From NCBI GenBank assembly GCA_963789135.1, contig CAWBJJ010000002.1:23736-87735 (forward strand): a stretch of DNA of 64,000 nt, given 5' to 3'. The notes under the pieces are model-generated. The model saw only the letters and a program-made list of their open reading frames with translations, was not told the origin of the DNA and made no database searches. The DNA is from an uncultured Acidobacteriota bacterium (lineage in GTDB: Bacteria; Actinomycetota; Acidimicrobiia; Spongiisociales; ZC4RG35). Each line of letters begins with the position of its first letter. Within the stretch, counting starts at the first letter, position 1. Made by a program: the position numbers and the translations under genes. This document shows, one piece after another, positions 58,078 to 64,000 of this stretch.

Positions 58078-58156
58078 CCCGCCGAGGCTACCGCCGCTCC
58101 GGCGCTGGTCAGTCGGTAGTGAGGGATCGCTCAGTAGCCATTCGTTTGCTACGCGA

Positions 58157-58182
58157 AGGAGGCGTGGATTGCTCCACGCCTC
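58157..58182 (-). terminator. perfect 11-bp hairpin downstream of the fasciclin gene
   Basis: GGAGGCGTGGA-TTGC-TCCACGCCTCC read directly. There is no clear U-tract. Confidence 0.5.
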
Positions 58183-58203
58183 CCTTTCAGCCCGATGTGA
58201 CCG

Positions 58204-58863
58204 TCAGGCGCTGGGCACCAGGACGGTGTCGATGATGTGAACGGTGGCGTTGGCGGTCTGGACGTTGCCGCAGAGAACTGCCGCTCCATTGACCGATACC
58301 AGCTCACCCGATGGTGCGATCTGGAGGGACTCTCCTTGGACCGTGGTCACTGTGCCGGCTTCGGCCAGTCCGGCCAGGTCGAGCTGCTCCCCGGCCACCA
58401 CGTGATAGGTGAGGATCGAGGACAGCAATTCCTCATCGGCGAGGATCGCATTGAGATCGTCCTCGGGGATGGCGGCGAAGGCGTCGTTGTAGGGGGCGAA
58501 GATTGTGAACGGGCCTTCACCGTTGAGGGTGTCGACCAGGCCGGCCTCGCTGACGGCGGTGACCAGGGTGGACAGCACCGGGTTGTTGGAGGCGGCGGTG
58601 GCTGCCGGATCATCGGCCATCCCATCGAAGGAGCCTTCCCCGTCCGCAGGAACCGCTCCACATGCCGGGCCCACGTTCATCGCGCTGAGATCGCTGGCTG
58701 GGGGCGCCGTCGTCGCCGGGGCCATGGTGGTGGGCGCCATGGTCGTCGGCACCGCTGCAGCCTGAGTGGTGTCCGCGGAGTCGTCCCCGCCGCATGCAGC
58801 CAGGACCAGGGTGAGGGCTGCGACGATCGCAGCCGCTCGGATTGGTGATTTGATTCGTCTCAT
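58204..58863 (-). CDS. fasciclin (FAS1)-domain lipoprotein, Mpt70/Mpt83-like
   Basis: Start is ATG 58863 with lipobox LAACGG. The FAS1 motifs are TIFAPYNDAF and TYHVV...IIDTVLVP. The upstream part of the track ORF is non-coding. Confidence 0.85.
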   Translation of the reverse strand: MRRIKSPIRAAAIVAALTLVLAACGGDDSADTTQAAAVPTTMAPTTMAPATTAPPASDLSAMNVGPACGAVPADGEGSFDGMADDPAATAASNNPVLSTLVTAVSEAGLVDTLNGEGPFTIFAPYNDAFAAIPEDDLNAILADEELLSSILTYHVVAGEQLDLAGLAEAGTVTTVQGESLQIAPSGELVSVNGAAVLCGNVQTANATVHIIDTVLVPSA

Positions 58864-58934
58864 AGACGGTCCTTTCTTGGTTGGGCAAGCCGTCACTCCC
58901 CATTCGGAGCCGAACGCCGACCGGATGGAAGAGA

Positions 58935-60500
58935 TCAGCCTTCGACGAGCACGACGATCGAGTGCCAGCCCGTGGCGCCGTCGGGGATGGGTGTAGCCCG
59001 GGCCTCGGTCTGGACCTCGCCGTTGCCGTCGGTGGCACGACAGGCGATGTCGTGACGCCCCGGGGTGGCGTGCCATGGGAACCGCCATTGGCGCCAGGTG
59101 GTGTCGTTGAGCTCGTCGGCCAGCTCGGCAAGTTGCCAATCGCCGTCGTCGACTCGCACCTCGACCTGCTCGATGCCCCGGGTCTGAGCCCAGGCAACTC
59201 CGGCGATCAACGAGGGACCGGTGGGAATTCGGTCGAGTGGGCCTGGGGTGTCGATCCGCGACTGAGTCTTGATCGGCGCCTGAGGTGACCACCCTCGGCC
59301 CACCCAGTAGTGGTCGAATGCGGCGAAGGTCGTGAGCTGGATCTCAGCCAGCCACTTGGTGGCGGACACGTATCCGTAGAGCCCGGGAACGATGAGGCGC
59401 GCTGGGAAGCCATGCTCCAGAGGAAGCGGAACGCCGTTCATGGCGATCGCGACCATGGCATCGCGGCCGTCGAGCGCTGCAACCGGGAAACCGCAGGTGT
59501 ATCGGTCCACCGACTTGCCGACGATTTGATCGGCGCCGGGTTGGATTCCTGCTTCCTCCAGCAGGCCGTCGAGCCTCACACCCAGCCAACGGGCATTGCC
59601 GGCCAGCTTCCCGCCGACCTCGTTGGAGACACAGGTGATCGTGATGTCCGACTCGATCAGCTCCCTGTCGAGCAAGTCCTGATAGGTGAGTTCCATCGGT
59701 CGCTCAACCAAGCCGGTGATGCCCAGCCGATAGTCGTCGACCTGGATCTGGGGAACGGTCAGGGCCGTGTCGATCCGATAGAAGTCAGCGTTGGGGGTGG
59801 TGAAGGGGGTGATCCCATCGACGCCGTCGAATTCGACTCCGGCGGGCGTTGCAGGGAGCGGGCTCGCAGGCGAAGGCAGGCGCAGGTTGGAGCGAGCACG
59901 CGCTGAGTCGAATCGCCTGTCGAGGGCGCGTCCCGCTCCACCAAGGGTGAACGCCGAGGCGACTACCAGGGAGGTAGCCATGAGGAAGGAACGCCGGGAT
60001 GCCCCGAAATGGGGGTCACCCGCTGCCCGTCTCAGTTCCGGACGCGCCAGCAGTATCAGGGCAGCGATGCCGGCCGTGGCCCCGATGAGGCTCGGAAGGC
60101 TTCCGAAGAGGCCGGTGGCGCCGGTCGCCCCCGCGATCGCGCCGACGAGACCCATGGCCGCGATGGCCACTACAGCGGCAGCCAGGCTCCTTCGCACTGC
60201 GACCTCACCGATCAGGGCGGCCGTCGCCAGGAGGACTATCGAAATTCCGACCACCAGCACCGGCTTGTCGGCGGTGCCGAGGAGATCGATGGCGACCTCT
60301 TTGAGCCCCGATGGAACCAGGTCGATCACCCGATCGCCGATGTCGAGCACCGGTGATCTGAGTCGTGCCGAGAGACCTGCGATCAGTTCCGCGACGCCGA
60401 GGGTGAGCAGTGCCGCGGCGATTCCCACCACGATTCCCCGCGTCCGACTGGTTGGCGTTTCCCCATCCGATCCCGGGTCGACTCGATCGTGGACCTTCAT
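58935..60500 (-). CDS. membrane-anchored molybdopterin-dependent oxidoreductase (sulfite-oxidase family)
   Basis: About 5 N-terminal TM segments precede the Moco domain (ITCVSNEVGG, YGYVSATKWL) and an Ig-like C-terminus. An alternative start lies at 60572. Confidence 0.8.
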   Translation of the reverse strand: MKVHDRVDPGSDGETPTSRTRGIVVGIAAALLTLGVAELIAGLSARLRSPVLDIGDRVIDLVPSGLKEVAIDLLGTADKPVLVVGISIVLLATAALIGEVAVRRSLAAAVVAIAAMGLVGAIAGATGATGLFGSLPSLIGATAGIAALILLARPELRRAAGDPHFGASRRSFLMATSLVVASAFTLGGAGRALDRRFDSARARSNLRLPSPASPLPATPAGVEFDGVDGITPFTTPNADFYRIDTALTVPQIQVDDYRLGITGLVERPMELTYQDLLDRELIESDITITCVSNEVGGKLAGNARWLGVRLDGLLEEAGIQPGADQIVGKSVDRYTCGFPVAALDGRDAMVAIAMNGVPLPLEHGFPARLIVPGLYGYVSATKWLAEIQLTTFAAFDHYWVGRGWSPQAPIKTQSRIDTPGPLDRIPTGPSLIAGVAWAQTRGIEQVEVRVDDGDWQLAELADELNDTTWRQWRFPWHATPGRHDIACRATDGNGEVQTEARATPIPDGATGWHSIVVLVEG

Positions 60501-60634
60501 GATCCGTATTCGGAACCGCAGGAAACCCTGGATGATCGGTTGCCGGGCGTCATCCGGAGCCGCCCCGTGCAACGAATTGTCCGGTGAACCGAGAGACTCC
60601 GGCCCTGCCTGAGGTAGCCCTACCTGGTCGTAGG

Positions 60635-61213
60635 ATGCCTCGTTGGTGGCAATCGGAGCCCTTCTTGGCAGAGACGAATCGAGGTGACGCAGACCTGGCA
60701 GCCCGCATGGCCGGGGGTGACCAGGCGGCCCTCGCCGGGTTGTTTCAGGAGCATGGTGGAGCCGTCAAGTCGGTGGCATTCCGGGTGACAAGGGACGAGG
60801 CATTGGCCGAAGACGTGGTGCAAGACACATTCGTGGGCCTCTGGCGGGCGCCGGAGAAGTACGACGCGTCACGCGGATCCATGCGCACCTTCCTGCTCAC
60901 TATTGCCCACAGGCGGGCGGTCGACATCGTCCGCTCTGAAGTGGCCAGGTCCCGACGCGAGACCCGGCCCCCAGATCCAGACCTCTTCGACCTGGAAAAC
61001 GAGGTGATCACGCGGCGGATGTCGGAGGAGGTGAGGGCCGCCCTCGCCGGTCTGGCTCGGGAGGAGCGGGAAGCCATCTCGTTGGCCTATTTCGATGGGC
61101 TGAGCTACGTCCAGGTCGCCCGTAGGCTCGACGCTCCCGAAGGCACCGTGAAGAGCCGGATTCGAAGCGGGATGCGAAAGCTCGCCAGCTCCCTGGAAGG
61201 TGTGGCCAGTTGA
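60635..61213 (+). CDS. sigK: ECF sigma factor, SigK-like
   Basis: Sigma-70 region 2 (DVVQDTFVGLWR) and region 4 (LSYVQVARRLDAPEGTVKSRI) are present. It overlaps the downstream RskA-like gene by 4 nt. An alternative GTG start is at 60584. Confidence 0.8.
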   Translation: MPRWWQSEPFLAETNRGDADLAARMAGGDQAALAGLFQEHGGAVKSVAFRVTRDEALAEDVVQDTFVGLWRAPEKYDASRGSMRTFLLTIAHRRAVDIVRSEVARSRRETRPPDPDLFDLENEVITRRMSEEVRAALAGLAREEREAISLAYFDGLSYVQVARRLDAPEGTVKSRIRSGMRKLASSLEGVAS

Positions 61214-61923
61214 TGGGACACGATCAGCTGTTCGAGTTGGTCCCGCTCTACGCCATCGACGCGTTGGAGGGTGAGGAGCGAGAAGAGTTCGAGGCGCACC
61301 TGGCAACCTGCGCAGAATGTGCCGCAGAGCTCGCGGTGCAGCGTTCCACCGTGTCAGCGATGGTCCCCGATGGCCCCGCGCCTGCTGGAGTTTGGGATCG
61401 AATCGCAGCCGAGATCGGTGCTCCGGCCGATCCGGCGGGGGAGGTCGCCGACCTCGATGACCGCCGCTCGCGGTCTGGCCGCAGGTTCGCCTGGCTGGCG
61501 GGAGTCGCCGCGGTCGTCGTCCTGGTGCTCGGATCAATAGCGGTCTTCCAAGCCCTCCAGGTCGACGAACTCACCGGGCCTGAAGCGGTCATCGCCGCCG
61601 CAGAGGCGGCCGCCGACGAGCCGGGCTCCATCGTCGCCGAGCTCGAGTCGCCCGACGGGGTGGTGGCCCAGGTGGTGCTCACCTCCGACGGCGAAGGCTT
61701 CTTGATCCCGGCCAACATGGAATCCCTTGGCGATGACCGCACCTATCAGCTGTGGGTCATCACACCGGAGGAAGCCGCGATATCGGCAGGCGTCCTCGGC
61801 AACGAGCCTGTGCCGGCCCGTTTCACCTGGAGTGGCGATGTCGCCGGCTTCGCCCTGACCCGCGAGGTGGCGGGAGGAGTCGAGAGCAGTGCTGGCGACG
61901 TGGTGTCTGTCGTCGAGGTATGA
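61210..61923 (+). CDS. rskA: anti-sigma-K factor RskA-like (zinc-finger N-domain, TM helix, extracytoplasmic domain)
   Basis: Translation contains H-x3-C-x2-C (HLATCAECAAEL), one TM helix, and the C-terminal TYQLWVI motif of the RskA domain. Confidence 0.8.
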   Translation: MMGHDQLFELVPLYAIDALEGEEREEFEAHLATCAECAAELAVQRSTVSAMVPDGPAPAGVWDRIAAEIGAPADPAGEVADLDDRRSRSGRRFAWLAGVAAVVVLVLGSIAVFQALQVDELTGPEAVIAAAEAAADEPGSIVAELESPDGVVAQVVLTSDGEGFLIPANMESLGDDRTYQLWVITPEEAAISAGVLGNEPVPARFTWSGDVAGFALTREVAGGVESSAGDVVSVVEV

Positions 61924-62017
61924 CGGCCGTCGGCTGCTGAGGCGACCAATCCGAGCACCGTCGATTCCTGCCACGTAGCATCCGACCCAAGTACGGCGAG
62001 TGCACTTGGGGGTGCCC

Positions 62018-62410
62018 ATGGTCAGATGGCTAATTTCGACAGCTCTCTATCTGGGAGCCAACGCGCTCGCGCTTTGGATTGCCGACCTGTTGCTCGAAGA
62101 CATGACGATCTCCGGGACAGCTTTCATCACCGCGGTGCTGCTCTTCACCCTCGTCGAAGTCCTGGTGCAACCGATGTTCAACCAAATGGCGGCCAAGGGG
62201 TCATCGGCCTTGAGTGGAGGCACGGCTCTCATCGCGACGTTCGTGGGATTGTTGGTGACCGCGCTCATCAGTGACGGCCTCTCGATCGACGGGGTGGTGA
62301 CCTGGATATCTGCGACGGTCATCGTCTGGGTCGGTGCCTTGTTGGCCGGATGGATCCTGGGCCTGATCTTCGTGAAGCGGGTGGTCGAGGACGACAACAC
62401 GAGGCGGTAG
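62018..62410 (+). CDS. 4-TM phage-holin-family (superfamily IV / DUF360-like) membrane protein
   Basis: Translation is MVRWLISTALYLGANALALWIADLLL... with four hydrophobic segments. Confidence 0.7.
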   Translation: MVRWLISTALYLGANALALWIADLLLEDMTISGTAFITAVLLFTLVEVLVQPMFNQMAAKGSSALSGGTALIATFVGLLVTALISDGLSIDGVVTWISATVIVWVGALLAGWILGLIFVKRVVEDDNTRR

Positions 62411-62472
62411 GCACGGCCGGGTCGAAGGCGGCACCTGCCACCCCGCTGCGGCGGTCAGGCGAACAGTCCCGG

Positions 62473-63205
62473 CTATCCGACCGCCTCGGTTGCGCCGGTC
62501 CAGAGCAGCCTCCCGGAACGACGCAACGAGGAGGCGATCGGCTCTGAGGGGTCCGAAGGATGACGGGTCGTCATGCATTGGTTCAGCCAGACTCCTTCGA
62601 TCAGGCTGGCGAAGGCGCAGGCGAGATCGTTGAGCGTCACACCATCCCTGAGGGACAGTCCCAAAACGCTGTATCGCTTCCTCGAGCACTTGCTCCAGCT
62701 TCTCGAGCCATTGTGTGTGCTCTTCCATGCTGGGCCGGCGAATCTTTTCGCTCCACATGCCGTATGGCACAGCACTGAGCCAAAGGGCCCAAACCGATCC
62801 ATAGTTGGTGATGGGCGGGCGACCTCGCAAGGGGCCACGCTCTGACTCGCCGGTGAAGAAGGCGTCGAGCCATTCGCCCGCCTCCCGGTAGTCCCCAGGT
62901 TCCGGGTACTGGATCTCAACGATCCAATCGCGCGAATTCAGCGCCAGCGCCATGGTCGCCGCCTGGAAGGCAGCCTGGCTTCCGAACAGATTGCTGATGA
63001 CACCGCGTGTCTTGCCATCGCGGGCGGCCACCTCGTTGGCATCGAGTCGGGCGAATGGGCCTACCGCGATCGAGTGAATGTCGAGCGTTTCGGAGTCCTT
63101 CTTGATCTGCTCCAGAGCTACCAGCTCGCCGATCTCGACATAGCGCTGTCGCGCTTCTTGCTGAGGCAAGCGTGATCGATTTGGCCGTGGATTCGGGCTT
63201 GAAAT
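62473..63205 (-). CDS. TetR-like transcriptional regulator, one frame break near 62655-62667; start uncertain
   Basis: HTH-like segment LDANEVAARDGKTRGVISNLFGSQAAF is present. The C-terminus LNDLACAFASLIEGVWLNQCM... lies in ORF 62473..62919. AAGGAGGAG lies 7 nt before a possible ATT start; an alternative TTG is at 63169. Confidence 0.55.
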
Positions 63206-63257
63206 GAGGTCTCCTCCTTGCGTGCAGATCGAGCTTACTTGACTTTCCTGGTTCCAT

Positions 63258-63292
63258 ACGTACAGTACGTATGAGCGTACATACGGTATGTA
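63258..63292. promoter_or_regulatory. two adjacent palindromes in an AT-rich divergent promoter region (TetR operator candidates)
   Basis: ACGTAC-A-GTACGT at 63258-63270 and TACATAC-G-GTATGTA at 63278-63292, read directly. Confidence 0.5.
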
Positions 63293-63314
63293 TGGAAGCG
63301 AGGCTCTGCTCGAA

Positions 63315-63918
63315 ATGGCAACACTGGACGTCACCGCTGCGACCGCCATTCGATCCGCGGTCAAAGTCAAGGGGTGGGCGATCACGCTTCTTGCCACTGT
63401 TGTGTCCACCTACGCACTGGACGGGGTGGCCACGGCTGGAGGGGTGATTTTGGTCGCTTCGGGGGTGATGGCGGGGGCCGCACAGCCGATGCTCTGGCTG
63501 GTGCTAGCTGCTACCTATGTTGCCTGGGGGGCGGGGCTCCGCGTCAACTTGAAGGCGAACTTCGAACTCCTCGAGGCCGTGGGGACGAGCAGCAACGCTT
63601 TGTCGAAGGCCACCTACGAGCTCGTGAGACGGCGAGCCAGGACCGTGCGATACCCGAAAGGTTGCCGCGGCCGCCGCCTATGTCGTCACCGAGATCGCCA
63701 AGGAGGTGCCGTATTACGCCGTGGCATTTGGCGTCGCGCTCACCAACGACACGATCACCTCTCGCGATGCCCTCGTCTTCCTCGCCGGCACCAATCTCGG
63801 CGCGGCTCTCTACGAGTACGGGCTCGGCAAGGCCACGTGGGCCTACCTGCGGCGCCCCGCCGCTCGCCGGAGACTCGGACCAGGTCGTCGCGGCGGCCAT
63901 TCAGCAGCCAGCCGGTGA
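63315..63918 (+). CDS. hypothetical membrane protein, one frame break near 63645
   Basis: MATLDVTAATAIRSAVKVKGWAITLLATVV... has hydrophobic segments in frame 0. It then continues as ...RKVAAAAAYVVTEIAKEVPYYAVAFGVALTND... in the frame of ORF 63706..63918. Confidence 0.5.
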
Positions 63919-64000
63919 GTAGGGCCAGGGCGAAGGTCTCGGCTTCGAAAGGGCCGCCGGCGGGCTCACTGAATGCATCGTTGTCGTCGACCACACGGAG
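63850..64000 (-). CDS. 3' part of an unidentified gene entering from the right window edge
   Basis: The frame ...VVDDNDAFSEPAGGPFEAETFALALLTGWLLNGRRDDLVRVSGE... has high GC3. The true stop is unclear. Confidence 0.3.

Overview
High-GC 64-kb window made of two unrelated blocks with no mobile element at the joint. Block A (1-36,440) looks Acidobacteria-like. It carries FtsX/ADOP-type permease genes and relics, a CarboxypepD_reg-type TonB-dependent receptor, PD40 and TPR Ser/Thr kinases, the mtnB-mtnD-mtnC methionine-salvage genes, zwf, mgtE, a STAS/PAS-PP2C-HATPase partner switch, tctCBA, and a small-ORF / radical-SAM-SPASM / M64-like peptidase cassette. Block B (36,460-64,000) looks Actinobacteria-like. 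It carries fhaA-fhaB plus a truncated pstP next to tRNA-Leu, serS, an SRP RNA, tadA, four tRNA-Ser isoacceptors, a LacI-controlled rhamnoside cluster (ABC transporter, GH78, GH1, RhaEW-like enzyme), and a sigK-rskA / fasciclin / Mo-oxidoreductase / FGE cluster. The joint falls about 48 codons into pstP and 23 nt from the start codon of an amidohydrolase gene, so a chimeric or concatenated assembly is the leading explanation. At least 14 reading-frame breaks hit 9 otherwise recognisable genes. Many sit at or beside short homopolymer runs, which suggests indel sequencing error; one is an exact 7-bp tandem duplication. I found no CRISPR array, transposase, integrase or recognisable defence system. 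The most system-like candidate is the small ORF - rSAM/SPASM - cytosolic M64 peptidase cassette at 9.0-12.0 kb, and it is speculative. All calls come from reading the ORF translations and hand-folding; no searches were run.
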